Notes under the pieces: model-generated | Told to the model about the DNA's origin: nothing | Seen by the model: only the letters and a program-made list of their open reading frames with translations | The model's database searches: none | Position numbers and translations under genes: made by a program | Shown: piece after piece, positions 18,861-29,039 of the stretch | Numbering within the stretch: the stretch's first letter is position 1 | How the letters are laid out: every line of letters begins with the position of its first letter | Assembly (NCBI GenBank): GCA_963664305.2 | Contig: CAXXLV010000001.1 | Span: 320,001-384,000, forward strand | Direction of reading: 5' to 3' | Source: an uncultured Aliarcobacter sp. | GTDB taxonomy: Bacteria > Campylobacterota > Campylobacteria > Campylobacterales > Arcobacteraceae | Length of the DNA: 64,000 bases

Positions 18861-19031
18861 TTAAGATTTTAATTTTACTTCTTTGTGTAAAGTATGTTTT
18901 TTTAATCTTGGACAATATTTTTTAACTTCAAACTTTTCAGTGTGAGTTTTTGGGTTTTTCCAAGTAGTGTAGTTAATATCTCCACTCTCTTGGCATTTTA
19001 ATCCAATTTTAATTCTTACTGCATTTGCCAT
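18861..19031 (-). CDS. rpmG: 50S ribosomal protein L33 (missing from the ORF track)
   Basis: Manual translation [56 protein letters not shown] (56 aa). Confidence 0.97.
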   Translation of the reverse strand: MANAVRIKIGLKCQESGDINYTTWKNPKTHTEKFEVKKYCPRLKKHTLHKEVKLKS

Positions 19032-19042
19032 TTACTAAATCC

Positions 19043-20251
19043 TTATTCAATGATTTCAGCAACAACTCCAGCACCTACAGTTCTACCACCTTCTCTAATA
19101 GCAAACTTTGTACCTTTGTCTAGAGCAATTGGAGCAACTAATTCAACTGTCATTTCTACGTTATCACCAGGCATAACCATTTCTACACCCTCTGGTAAAG
19201 TACAAGAACCTGTAACGTCTGTTGTTCTTACATAGAATTGTGGTCTATATCCTGAGAAGAATGGAGTATGTCTTCCACCTTCCTCTTTAGAAAGGATATA
19301 CACTTCGCATCTGAATTTAGTATGTGGAGTAATTGTTTTAGGTTTACATAAAACTTGTCCTCTTTCTACTTCTTCTTTTTTGATACCTCTTAAAAGAATA
19401 CCGCAGTTATCACCAGCTTGACCTTGTTCCATTTCTTTTCTGAACATCTCAACACCTGTTACAGTAGTTGTTTTAGTATCAGAGAATCCAACGATCTCAA
19501 TAGTTTCACCTACTTTGATTGTTCCTTTTTCAATTCTTCCAGTAACAACAGTTCCTCTTCCTGAGATAGAGAATACGTCTTCAACTGGCATTAAGAAATC
19601 TTGATCAACATCTCTTTCTGGAGTTGGAATATAAGTATCTACTGCTTCCATTAAAGCAACAACTTTTTCTCCCCAAACACCAACTGTACCAGCTTTAGCT
19701 TCTTCTAATGCTTGGAATGCAGAACCTGCAATAATTGGAGTGTCATCACCTGGGAAATCATAAGTAGATAATAATTCTCTAATTTCCATTTCAACTAATT
19801 CTAACATTTCATCTCTATCTTGAGGGTCAAGTTGATCTTCTTTGTTCATAAATACAACGATGTATGGAACTCCAACTTGTTTAGATAATAAGATGTGCTC
19901 TCTTGTTTGTGCCATTGGTCCATCTGTTGCAGCAATAACTAAGATTGCTCCGTCCATTTGAGCAGCACCAGTAATCATGTTTTTAACGTAGTCCGCGTGT
20001 CCTGGACAATCAACGTGTGCATAGTGTCTATTTGCTGTTTCATACTCAATGTGAGAAGTAGCAATAGTAATTCCTCTTTCTCTTTCTTCTGGAGCATTGT
20101 CGATTTGATCATAATCTTTCATCTCTCCACCATATTTAACTGCAAGAACAGCAGAAATAGCAGCTGTTAAAGTAGTTTTACCGTGGTCAACGTGTCCAAT
20201 TGTACCGATGTTAACGTGTGGCTTATTTCTTGAAAATTTTTCTTTTGCCAT
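19043..20251 (-). CDS. tuf: Elongation factor Tu
   Basis: [33 protein letters not shown]. Confidence 0.99.
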   Translation of the reverse strand: MAKEKFSRNKPHVNIGTIGHVDHGKTTLTAAISAVLAVKYGGEMKDYDQIDNAPEERERGITIATSHIEYETANRHYAHVDCPGHADYVKNMITGAAQMDGAILVIAATDGPMAQTREHILLSKQVGVPYIVVFMNKEDQLDPQDRDEMLELVEMEIRELLSTYDFPGDDTPIIAGSAFQALEEAKAGTVGVWGEKVVALMEAVDTYIPTPERDVDQDFLMPVEDVFSISGRGTVVTGRIEKGTIKVGETIEIVGFSDTKTTTVTGVEMFRKEMEQGQAGDNCGILLRGIKKEEVERGQVLCKPKTITPHTKFRCEVYILSKEEGGRHTPFFSGYRPQFYVRTTDVTGSCTLPEGVEMVMPGDNVEMTVELVAPIALDKGTKFAIREGGRTVGAGVVAEIIE

Positions 20252-20364
20252 AGAATTCCCCTTCTAAATTTTTGGTTATTGCCCTCTGAGTAGATAAGCC
20301 ACTAGGCTTCTCTATTCAGAGGGGATTTATTATCAATTTTATTAAAAACAAAATCGTGTTGCGT

Positions 20365-20370
20365 ATTATA
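20365..20370 (-). promoter_or_regulatory. Putative sigma70 -10 box for tuf
   Basis: TATAAT on the minus strand with AT-rich upstream sequence. Confidence 0.5.
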
Positions 20371-20471
20371 TTTAAAAAATACTAAAAAAAACTTTAATGG
20401 GAGATAAATTATTATAGAGTTATAAAAAATCTGTGCTTATAACTCAGCTCCCAGTAATCAATAAAAATAAA

Positions 20472-20548
20472 TGGAGCGGGAGACGAGACTCGAACTCGCG
20501 ACAGTCTGCTTGGAAGGCAGAAGCTCTAGCCAACTGAGCTACTCCCGC
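20472..20548 (-). tRNA. tRNA-Gly(TCC)
   Basis: 77 nt GCGGGAG...CT-TCC-AA...CCA. Confidence 0.97.
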
Positions 20549-20558
20549 AACATTTGCG

Positions 20559-20643
20559 TGGTGGTGAGAGAAGGATTCGAACCTTCGAAGCCGTAGGCGG
20601 CGGATTTACAGTCCGCAGGATTTGACCACTCTCCAACCTCACC
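20559..20643 (-). tRNA. tRNA-Tyr(GTA)
   Basis: 85 nt with long variable arm; CT-GTA-AA; CCA end. Confidence 0.97.
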
Positions 20644-20703
20644 GATTAAAATATTATTGTTCTGGTCAAGCGCTGTTCTTAAAAGATTACGCACGACATA
20701 AAA

Positions 20704-20780
20704 TGGAGCTGGTGAAGGGAGTCGAACCCCCGACCTGCTGATTACAAATCAGCTGCTCTAGCCAACTGAGCTACACCAGC
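20704..20780 (-). tRNA. tRNA-Thr(TGT)
   Basis: 77 nt GCTGGTG...TT-TGT-AA...CCA. Confidence 0.97.
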
Positions 20781-20794
20781 GCCAAAAAATAAAA

Positions 20795-20870
20795 TGGTGG
20801 TTCGAGACAGAATCGAACTGTCGACACAAGGATTTTCAATCCTTTGCTCTACCGACTGAGCTATCGAACC
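20795..20870 (-). tRNA. tRNA-Phe(GAA)
   Basis: 76 nt GGTTCGA...TT-GAA-AA...CCA. Confidence 0.97.
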
Positions 20871-20887
20871 ACTGAAATTGGAGTGTG

Positions 20888-20893
20888 ATTATA
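20888..20893 (-). promoter_or_regulatory. -10 box for the tRNA cluster
   Basis: TATAAT 17 nt upstream of the tRNA-Phe 5' end. Confidence 0.6.
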
Positions 20894-20905
20894 CTAGCTA
20901 TATTA

Positions 20906-22084
20906 TTAATTTAAACTTAAACTACCAACTAAATTTTTAAATTCATCTCCACGATGAGCATAAGACTTAAATTGATCCAATGAAGCTGCAGCTGGAGACA
21001 ATATTCCTATGCTTTTTTCATTCATACTATCATTCATTTTTTCAACGGCAATACTTAAAAAATCACATTTTTCAACATTTATTGAATATTCTTTACAATA
21101 ATCAACTATTTTATCTGTATTACTTCCAATTGCATAAACAGTTAAATCTAGTTCTTTTATATTTTCAAATAAAGGTCTTAAATTTGCACCTTTATCATCG
21201 CCACCTAATATAAGATGTAAATTATCTTTTCTATATGGTGTTAAGCCATTTATAGTTGCATCAACATTTGTTGCTTTACTATCATCAATCCATAATCTAT
21301 TTTTTTTATCAAAAAATTCTTCTACTTTATGTTTATCTATTTTAAATTGGTTTATTAACTCATAATTAATTTCATCAAATATAATCTTTCTTGTAGCCAT
21401 TGCTAAAATTGCATCTAAAAGAAATGGTTCTTTAAAATTTATTTTAGATTTATCAAAACCAAAATGATTAGATAATTCATCACTATTATTATATGTAATT
21501 ACATGTGCATCAGTTTTAAAATTTTTAAATTCAGCTGGAATAATTGCTACATCATTCTCATTCATTAACTCAAGTGGTTTTAATTTTGCATTTTTATACT
21601 CTTCAAAAGAACCATGCCAAGTTATATGATCTTCAGTTATTGGTAATAATAAATAAATATTAGGTTTTGATTTATAAGTATAATGTAATGTAAAAGATGA
21701 AGTTTCTAAAATCCATATCTTTTTATTTTCATCTAAATGACTTAATGGTATTCCAATATTCCCACCACAAACAGAATCATACTCATTTAATAAATGTTGA
21801 CACATTTGTGTTGTAGTTGTTTTTCCATTAGTCCCAGATATCCAAATTGAAAAAGGCATAACTTCTTCAAATAAGTCATAATCACTAATCACATTATTTG
21901 AATTTAAAACCATTTGATTGTAAGGTGGAATTCCAGGACTTACAACTGTTAATTCATCAGAATCTTTATCATAAGTATCAAAATCTTTATCATCATAAAG
22001 TGTAGCATTAGGAAATTTATCTTTTAAAGCTAAAGCTGTAATTCCTTTCCCTAAAATTCTTATTTTTTTGTTATTTATTTTCAT
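20906..22084 (-). CDS. murD: UDP-N-acetylmuramoyl-L-alanine--D-glutamate ligase
   Basis: SPGIP, SGTNGKTTT, GGNIG, ETSSF, DDSKATN, LSPAAASLDQF. Confidence 0.96.
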   Translation of the reverse strand: MKINNKKIRILGKGITALALKDKFPNATLYDDKDFDTYDKDSDELTVVSPGIPPYNQMVLNSNNVISDYDLFEEVMPFSIWISGTNGKTTTTQMCQHLLNEYDSVCGGNIGIPLSHLDENKKIWILETSSFTLHYTYKSKPNIYLLLPITEDHITWHGSFEEYKNAKLKPLELMNENDVAIIPAEFKNFKTDAHVITYNNSDELSNHFGFDKSKINFKEPFLLDAILAMATRKIIFDEINYELINQFKIDKHKVEEFFDKKNRLWIDDSKATNVDATINGLTPYRKDNLHLILGGDDKGANLRPLFENIKELDLTVYAIGSNTDKIVDYCKEYSINVEKCDFLSIAVEKMNDSMNEKSIGILSPAAASLDQFKSYAHRGDEFKNLVGSLSLN

Positions 22085-22094
22085 TACTTTTTCT

Positions 22095-23156
22095 TTATCT
22101 GATTTTTAAACTTAATAAAGCTACTAAGTTTGTCATAAATGCAATAATCCAAAATCTTACAATGATTTTATTTTCTTTCCAACCTTTTTTCTCGAAATGG
22201 TGATGAATAGGTGCCATTAAAAATATTCTTTTTTGTCTTAATTTATAAGAGCCAACTTGTAATATTACAGATACTGTTTCTAATACAAATATAAATCCAA
22301 TTGCTAATAATAATATTTCTGATTTCGCAACTATTGCCATGTATCCCATAAATGCACCTAAAGGTAAAGAACCTGAATCACCCATAAATATCTCTGCTGG
22401 ATGAGAATTAAACCATAAGAATCCAATCAATGCTCCACATATTGCGCTTCCCATGATTGCTAATTCACCTACAGTTTGAATATTTGGTAATAATAAATAA
22501 GTTGAAAATATCGCATGACCTGTTACATAAGCTAAAACTGATAATGTAAAAAATGCAAGTATTGAGGGAACTGTTGCCAAACCATCTAGTCCATCAGTTA
22601 AATTAACAGCATTTGATGTACCAACAATAATAAACATCCAAAATACAACTGCTAAAATTCCCATATCAAAAACTGGATATTTGTAAAATGGTGTATATAA
22701 CTCACTTGAATGTCCATAATGATAAGCAATAAATGAGATAATTGCAGCACAAAGGAATTGTAGCATCAATTTTGCTCTAGCACTTAAACCAGCAGAGTTT
22801 TTCTCTTTTGATATTTTTGAATAATCATCTTGTATACCAATTAATGAAAAAAGCGCTAAACAAAGTAATCCACCAACAACATAATAGTTACTTAATTTTG
22901 CTGTTAATATCGTTGCAATAATTGTTGCAAATATAAATACAACTCCACCCATAGTTGGTGTACCTACTTTTGTTTGATGAGATTCTGGTGCATACTCATA
23001 TATAGGTTGAGAAGCTTTTTTTGCCCTTGCCCAACGAATAAATTTTGGCATTAAATACATTGTTAAAACAAAAGCTATAAAAAAACTCATTCCAGCTCGA
23101 ACTGAAATATATTGAAAGATATTGATATCTAGATGTCTGTAAAACCAATAAAACAA
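22095..23156 (-). CDS. mraY: Phospho-N-acetylmuramoyl-pentapeptide transferase
   Basis: [38 protein letters not shown] start. Confidence 0.98.
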   Translation of the reverse strand: MFYWFYRHLDINIFQYISVRAGMSFFIAFVLTMYLMPKFIRWARAKKASQPIYEYAPESHQTKVGTPTMGGVVFIFATIIATILTAKLSNYYVVGGLLCLALFSLIGIQDDYSKISKEKNSAGLSARAKLMLQFLCAAIISFIAYHYGHSSELYTPFYKYPVFDMGILAVVFWMFIIVGTSNAVNLTDGLDGLATVPSILAFFTLSVLAYVTGHAIFSTYLLLPNIQTVGELAIMGSAICGALIGFLWFNSHPAEIFMGDSGSLPLGAFMGYMAIVAKSEILLLAIGFIFVLETVSVILQVGSYKLRQKRIFLMAPIHHHFEKKGWKENKIIVRFWIIAFMTNLVALLSLKIR

Positions 23157-23223
23157 ACTTGAACCTTGATTTTGATATAATTGCGCGATTATAATATATA
23201 ATACTTTTTAAAAGGTTTAAATA

Positions 23224-24699
23224 ATGACAAATAAAACACTACTTATAATAACTGATGGAATTGGTTATAACTCATCAAATGAGTATAATGCTTTTTTCAG
23301 TGCAAATACTCCAACTTATGATTATTTATTTAAAAATGTTCCTTACTCATTAATTCACACTTATGGAAATTTTGTTGGTCTTCCAGATGGACAAATGGGA
23401 AATAGTGAAGTTGGACACATGACTATTGGAAGTGGAAGAATTTTATATCAAGATTTAGTAAAAATAAATATTGCTATTGAAAAAAATACTTTAAAAGATA
23501 ATGAAATTTTAAAAAATAATATTAATTCATCAAATAATATTCATCTTCTTGGATTATTAAGTGACGGTGGTGTTCACTCTCATATTGACCACATTATTGC
23601 AATGGCAAAAATTGCAAAAGAATTTAATAAAAAAGTATTTATACATATTATTACAGATGGTAGAGATGTAGCTCCTGATTGTGCACAAAAATATATAAAT
23701 CAAATTTTAGAGATTTGTGATGAAGATATAAAAATTGCAACTATTGCTGGAAGATATTATACAATGGATAGAGATAATAGATGGGATAGAGTTAAAAAAG
23801 GTTATGATGCAATGACATTTGCAACTCCTTCAACTACAAGTGACATTTCATCTTATTTAAAAGATTCATATGAAAACCAAATCTTTGATGAATTTATTGT
23901 TCCAACTGCATTTGAAGGATATGAAGGTATAAAAGAGAATGATGGAATAATTTTTTGTAATTTTAGAAGTGATAGAATGAGAGAAATTTCTTCTGTTTTT
24001 GCAAATAAAAATTTTAATGAATTTGATACATTTAAAGGTTCACTAAATCTTGCAACTATGACACAATATGATAAAAATACACCTATTCCAGTTTTATTTC
24101 CTAAAGAATCTCCAAAAAATACTTTAGCTGAAGTAATTTCAAATGCTGGTTTATCTCAACTTCATACTGCTGAAACAGAAAAATACGCTCACGTTACATT
24201 TTTCTTTAATGGAGGAGTTGAAGAACCTATGTTAAATGAAACAAGAGTTTTAATTCCTTCACCTCAAGTTGCAACATATGATTTACAACCTGAAATGTCT
24301 GCACCTCAAGTTGGAGATGCTGTTAGAACTGCTATGAATAATAATACAGATTTTATAGTTGTTAATTTTGCAAATGGTGATATGGTTGGGCATACTGGTG
24401 TATTTGATGCAGCTGTAAAAGCTGTTGAAGCTGTTGATTATGAATTAGGTTTAATTTTTGAACTTGCAAAAAAACAAAATTACAATATTGTACTAACATC
24501 TGACCATGGAAACTGTGAAATGATGAAAGATGAAGATGGAAATATTCTGACAAATCATACAGTTGGAGATGTTTATTGTTTCGTTTATGCAAATGATGTA
24601 AAAGAGGTTAAAACTGGAAGTTTAAATAATATTGCTCCTACAGTTTTAAAATTGATGAATTTAGAAATCCCTCAAGAGATGGATGAACCATTAATATAA
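23224..24699 (+). CDS. gpmI: 2,3-bisphosphoglycerate-independent phosphoglycerate mutase
   Basis: GQMGNSEVGH, DGGVHSH, AETEKYAHVT, DMVGHTG, DHGN. Confidence 0.98.
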   Translation: MTNKTLLIITDGIGYNSSNEYNAFFSANTPTYDYLFKNVPYSLIHTYGNFVGLPDGQMGNSEVGHMTIGSGRILYQDLVKINIAIEKNTLKDNEILKNNINSSNNIHLLGLLSDGGVHSHIDHIIAMAKIAKEFNKKVFIHIITDGRDVAPDCAQKYINQILEICDEDIKIATIAGRYYTMDRDNRWDRVKKGYDAMTFATPSTTSDISSYLKDSYENQIFDEFIVPTAFEGYEGIKENDGIIFCNFRSDRMREISSVFANKNFNEFDTFKGSLNLATMTQYDKNTPIPVLFPKESPKNTLAEVISNAGLSQLHTAETEKYAHVTFFFNGGVEEPMLNETRVLIPSPQVATYDLQPEMSAPQVGDAVRTAMNNNTDFIVVNFANGDMVGHTGVFDAAVKAVEAVDYELGLIFELAKKQNYNIVLTSDHGNCEMMKDEDGNILTNHTVGDVYCFVYANDVKEVKTGSLNNIAPTVLKLMNLEIPQEMDEPLI

Positions 24700-24709
24700 A
24701 AGATTTGTT

Positions 24710-25405
24710 GTGTCATATATAAATATAAAAAATTTAAAAATTTATACAGATGAAAAAACATTAGTAAATTTATCATTTAATATTACTAATTCAACTGCAT
24801 TAATTGGTGAAAGTGGAAGTGGAAAATCTTTAACGCTAAAAGCTTTATTGAATCTTCTTCCAAGTTCAATGAAAATTGATAAAGATATAGATTCTGATTT
24901 TGAATTAAATTATGACTCAATTGCTTTTATTCCTCAAAATCCTTTCACCTCTTTATCATCAATGACAAAAATAAAAAATCAATTCTTTTGTAGTGAAGAA
25001 AAAAAAGAAGAAGTATTAAAACTTTTAGATTTAGATAAATCAATATTAAATAAATTTCCTCCTCAACTAAGTGGTGGACAAATTCAAAGAGTTGTAATAG
25101 CAATTGCTTTAAGTAGAAATGCAAAAATACTTCTACTTGATGAACCAACAACTGCATTAGATTTTGAAAATAAAAACAATATTATTAATATTATTAATAA
25201 TTTAAAAAAACAATTAAATGTTTTAATACTTTTTGTTACACATGATATTGATTCAATAAAAGATATTTGTGATGAGATAATTATTATTAAAAATGGAGAA
25301 ATTATTGAAAATGGTTTAACAAATATTGTTTTATCTTCACCAAAAGAAGATTACACAAAAAGATTGATTAACTCAACTTTTAAAAATAAAAATTTTAGGA
25401 ATTAA
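24710..25405 (+). CDS. ABC transporter ATP-binding protein (Dpp/Opp/Nik-like)
   Basis: GESGSGKS, LSGGQ, LLLDEPTTALD, THD; no adjacent permease. Confidence 0.92.
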   Translation: MSYINIKNLKIYTDEKTLVNLSFNITNSTALIGESGSGKSLTLKALLNLLPSSMKIDKDIDSDFELNYDSIAFIPQNPFTSLSSMTKIKNQFFCSEEKKEEVLKLLDLDKSILNKFPPQLSGGQIQRVVIAIALSRNAKILLLDEPTTALDFENKNNIINIINNLKKQLNVLILFVTHDIDSIKDICDEIIIIKNGEIIENGLTNIVLSSPKEDYTKRLINSTFKNKNFRN

Positions 25406-25407
25406 TT

Positions 25408-27387
25408 ATGATGAAATATATTTTTGGTCTTTTAGTTATTGCTGGATTGGCCATTTTTGCTTGGCTTTATAATTTATATGATGAAATTAAACATGATGTT
25501 GATTCAGTTGTAAATTATTCACCAAAACAAAGTACACAATTTTTTGATAAAGATGGAAACTTAATAGCAAATACTTTTAAAGATGAAAATAGAGAATATG
25601 TAAAATATGATGATATTCCAGCAAGAATTATTGAAGGTTTAGTTGCAATTGAAGATACACAATTTTTTGAACATGATGGAATAAATCCTGATGCAATTAG
25701 CCGAGCAATGATAAAAAACATTAAAGCCGGTGGATATGTTGAAGGGGCAAGTACATTAACTCAACAATTAATCAAAATGCTTGTTTTAACAAGAGAAAAA
25801 AAATTGATGAGAAAAGTAAAAGAAGCACTACTTGCTATTAGACTAGAAACTGTTCTTACAAAAGAAGAAATTTTAGAGAGATATTTAAATCATGTTTATT
25901 TTGGACATGGATATTATGGAATTAAAACTGCAGCAAAAGGATATTTCAATAAAGATTTATATGAATTATCTTTAAAAGAGATGGCAATTCTTGTGGGACT
26001 TCCAAGAGCCCCAAGTTTTTATGACCCTACAAAAAATTTAAAAATTTCACTAGCACGTGCAAATCAAGTAATAACAAGATTAAATACACTTGGATGGATT
26101 AATAAAGAACAATATGAAGAATCTATGAAAGAAACTCCTGTTATTTTTAATCAGACTTTAACAAAAAATAAAGCACCTTATGCAGTTGATTATGCAATTA
26201 GTTTATTAATAAATGATATTCCTGATATATTATCTGGTGGATATAAAGTTTATTTAACTATAGATTTAAATGCACAAGAAATTGCAAGAGATGCGTTAAA
26301 AGAATCTTATGATGATGCAATTAAAAGAGATTTAGATTTTAGAAAAAATTCAAAAAATCCAAATGATGATTCATATGTTAAAGAATTAAATGGTGCAATG
26401 ATTTCTATAGAAAGCAGTACAGGAAAAATTCTTGCTTTTGTTGGTGGTGTAGATTATAATCAATCAGTATTTAATAGAGCTTATCAATCAAAAAGACAAG
26501 CAGGAAGTGCTATAAAACCATTTTTATATCAAACAGCATTAAATGAAGGTTATAACCCTGCTTCTCAATTATTTGATATTTCAAGAACATATAATTACAC
26601 AGTTGGTGGTGTTCAGAAAAAATGGCAACCAAAAAATTATGGTGGAAATTTTGAAGGGATAGTTAGTCTTAGAGACTCTTTAGTTGCATCAAGAAATTTA
26701 TCTACTCTAAATTTAGTAACAGATGTTGGTGTTCCAGTTGTAACTGAAGCACTAAAAAAATATGGATTTAATGATATTGTTGACAATTTATCTATAACTT
26801 TAGGTTCAATGAGTGTTTCTTTAGTTGAATTTAGTGAAGCTTATAGTTCTTTTGCAAATAATGGAACTCAAGTTAAACCATATATAATTGAACAAATTGT
26901 AAATAAAGATGGAAAAACTGTAACTTTTGAACCACAAACAAAAGAGATTAATACTCCTGAACAAAATTATCTAATGACATCAATTTTAACAGATGTTGTA
27001 ACTAGAGGAACAGGGAAATCTGCTCAAGTTCCAGGTATTGAATTAGCTGGAAAAACAGGTACAACAAATAACAACGTTGATGCTTGGTTCTGCGGTTATT
27101 CTCCATCAATTCAAACTATTGTATGGTTTGGAAATGACAATAACACTCCAATGAGAAAAACAGAAACTGGAGGTAAAATCGCTGGTCCGGTATTCTCATA
27201 TTTCTTTAAAAAATATTTAGAAATTCATCCTGAAATTCCAAGAAATTTTGTTAAACCTAATAATGTTTATAGCACTGTAATTAATGGAAAAGAAGAGTTC
27301 TATACAGATGTTTCACCTGTACCTGAAATTGATTCTTTAATACAACAACAACCTCTTAATCCAAATGAAGAAGTTTTAGAATTCTAA
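25408..27387 (+). CDS. Class A penicillin-binding protein 1A
   Basis: Transglycosylase EDTQFFEHDG, GASTLTQQL; transpeptidase SAIK, SRN, KTG. Confidence 0.95.
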   Translation: MMKYIFGLLVIAGLAIFAWLYNLYDEIKHDVDSVVNYSPKQSTQFFDKDGNLIANTFKDENREYVKYDDIPARIIEGLVAIEDTQFFEHDGINPDAISRAMIKNIKAGGYVEGASTLTQQLIKMLVLTREKKLMRKVKEALLAIRLETVLTKEEILERYLNHVYFGHGYYGIKTAAKGYFNKDLYELSLKEMAILVGLPRAPSFYDPTKNLKISLARANQVITRLNTLGWINKEQYEESMKETPVIFNQTLTKNKAPYAVDYAISLLINDIPDILSGGYKVYLTIDLNAQEIARDALKESYDDAIKRDLDFRKNSKNPNDDSYVKELNGAMISIESSTGKILAFVGGVDYNQSVFNRAYQSKRQAGSAIKPFLYQTALNEGYNPASQLFDISRTYNYTVGGVQKKWQPKNYGGNFEGIVSLRDSLVASRNLSTLNLVTDVGVPVVTEALKKYGFNDIVDNLSITLGSMSVSLVEFSEAYSSFANNGTQVKPYIIEQIVNKDGKTVTFEPQTKEINTPEQNYLMTSILTDVVTRGTGKSAQVPGIELAGKTGTTNNNVDAWFCGYSPSIQTIVWFGNDNNTPMRKTETGGKIAGPVFSYFFKKYLEIHPEIPRNFVKPNNVYSTVINGKEEFYTDVSPVPEIDSLIQQQPLNPNEEVLEF

Positions 27388-27395
27388 AACTTCTT
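27368..27395. repeat. Perfect 28-bp palindrome across the PBP1A stop
   Basis: AAGAAGTTTTAGAATTCTAAAACTTCTT is its own reverse complement. Confidence 0.85.
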
Positions 27396-27453
27396 TCTAT
27401 TTAAAAATATGTTTAATCTTATATAGTAAAATATTTTATAAAATCAAGGCAAT

Positions 27454-27491
27454 AAAAAAGGGCAAGTTCAAATGAACTTGCCCTTTTTTTA
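27454..27491. terminator. Bidirectional intrinsic terminator (glnA / PBP1A)
   Basis: A6-GGGCAAGTTCA-aa-TGAACTTGCCC-T-run. Confidence 0.9.
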
Positions 27492-27503
27492 TTACTTATA
27501 TTC

Positions 27504-28931
27504 TTAGCAAGAATATGTAGTTTTAAATTCGAATGCAGTTGGTCTTGCTTCGTAAGGCCAAACTTGAGTTTCAAATTTATAGTGTTGGTAAGTATCAATC
27601 ATTTCTTGACTAAATACTGGTTTTAAGAAATCATTATCTCTAATTAAAGCTTCTAATGCTCCTCTTAATGTGTGAGGCATTTGAGGAATTTGTCTTTCTC
27701 TAATTTCATCTAATGATAATTCAAATAAATCGTCATCCATTGGACCAACTGGCTCATATTTATTTTTGATACCATCTAATCCAGCCATTAACATAGCAGC
27801 AAACGCTAAGTATGGACAAGAAGTTGAATCTGGGAATCTCATTTCAATTCTAGTTGCTTTTTCACCAGCACCGTAAGGAATTCTACAAGATGCAGATCTA
27901 TTTTGTGATGAATAAGTTAAGATTGAAGGAGCTTCGAATCCTGGAATTAATCTTTTATAAGAGTTAGTTGATGCATTAGTAAATGCTGCAACAGCTCTAG
28001 CGTGTTTAAATACACCACCAACATAATGTCTAGCAGTTTCACTTAAATTACCATATTCACCTTGTTTGTAGAATAGGTTTTTACCATCTTTCCAGATTGA
28101 TTGGTGTACGTGCATTCCATTTCCGTTATCACCATATAATGGTTTTGGCATAAATGTAGCTGATTTACCATTTAAGTGAGCTACCATTTTGATAACATAT
28201 TTTAATTTTTGTACATTATCAGAAGCTTCAATTAAATCTCCGAATACTATACCGATTTCATGTTGACCTTGAGCAACTTCGTGGTGTCCTAAAACAACTT
28301 CAAGACCAACTTGCTCTAATACTGTCATCATTTCAGCTCTTAAATCTACACCTGTATCAATTGGAGCTACTGGGAAATATCCACCTTTAGTTCTAGGTCT
28401 ATGACCCATATTTCCACCTTCAATATCTACAGAATCATTCCATTCACCATCTTCTGAATCAACTCTGTAGTATGACTCATTAATTGTATCTTTGATTTTT
28501 ACATCTTCAAATACAAAGAATTCATTTTCAGGTCCGAAATATGCAACATCTCCTAATCCTGAATCAGCTAAATGTTTTAATGCTTTTTTAGCAATAGATC
28601 TTGGACATTTTTCATAAATTTCATTTTTATAAATATCATAAACATCACAAATTACAATGATTGTAGAATCAGCTGTAAATGGATCTAAAAATGCTGTTTG
28701 TACATCTGGTTTTAAAAGCATATCTGATTTGTGAATTGGTTGCCAAGCTTCAATTGATGAACCATCAAATGGCATACCATTTTCTAAAGTAGAAGCACTT
28801 ACTGCACTAAATTTGTATGTAACATGGTGCCACATACCTTTCATGTCTGTAAATCTGAAATCTACAAATCTAACATCATTTGCTTTACTATACTCGAAAA
28901 ATTCTTCAACACTATTAACGAACTTACCCAT
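27504..28931 (-). CDS. glnA: Glutamine synthetase type I
   Basis: [41 protein letters not shown]. Confidence 0.98.
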   Translation of the reverse strand: MGKFVNSVEEFFEYSKANDVRFVDFRFTDMKGMWHHVTYKFSAVSASTLENGMPFDGSSIEAWQPIHKSDMLLKPDVQTAFLDPFTADSTIIVICDVYDIYKNEIYEKCPRSIAKKALKHLADSGLGDVAYFGPENEFFVFEDVKIKDTINESYYRVDSEDGEWNDSVDIEGGNMGHRPRTKGGYFPVAPIDTGVDLRAEMMTVLEQVGLEVVLGHHEVAQGQHEIGIVFGDLIEASDNVQKLKYVIKMVAHLNGKSATFMPKPLYGDNGNGMHVHQSIWKDGKNLFYKQGEYGNLSETARHYVGGVFKHARAVAAFTNASTNSYKRLIPGFEAPSILTYSSQNRSASCRIPYGAGEKATRIEMRFPDSTSCPYLAFAAMLMAGLDGIKNKYEPVGPMDDDLFELSLDEIRERQIPQMPHTLRGALEALIRDNDFLKPVFSQEMIDTYQHYKFETQVWPYEARPTAFEFKTTYSC

Positions 28932-28960
28932 AGGTTTAACTCCTTCAAATTATTTGAGTA

Positions 28961-29014
28961 ATTGTACCAAAAAATATAAAAAATAAAATAAAACAGCTGT
29001 ATATTTTATATACA
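28961..29014 (-). promoter_or_regulatory. glnA promoter: extended -10 plus upstream 17-bp dyad
   Basis: TGgTACAAT at 28969-28961; TGTATAT-ttt-ATATACA at 28998-29014. Confidence 0.55.
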
Positions 29015-29039
29015 ATTATATTTAAAATAATATGCCTTA

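Noticed and set aside
28955..28970. Sigma54 promoter for glnA (TGGTAC...)
   Set aside because: The -12 element reads CTCA rather than TTGC; an extended sigma70 -10 fits better.
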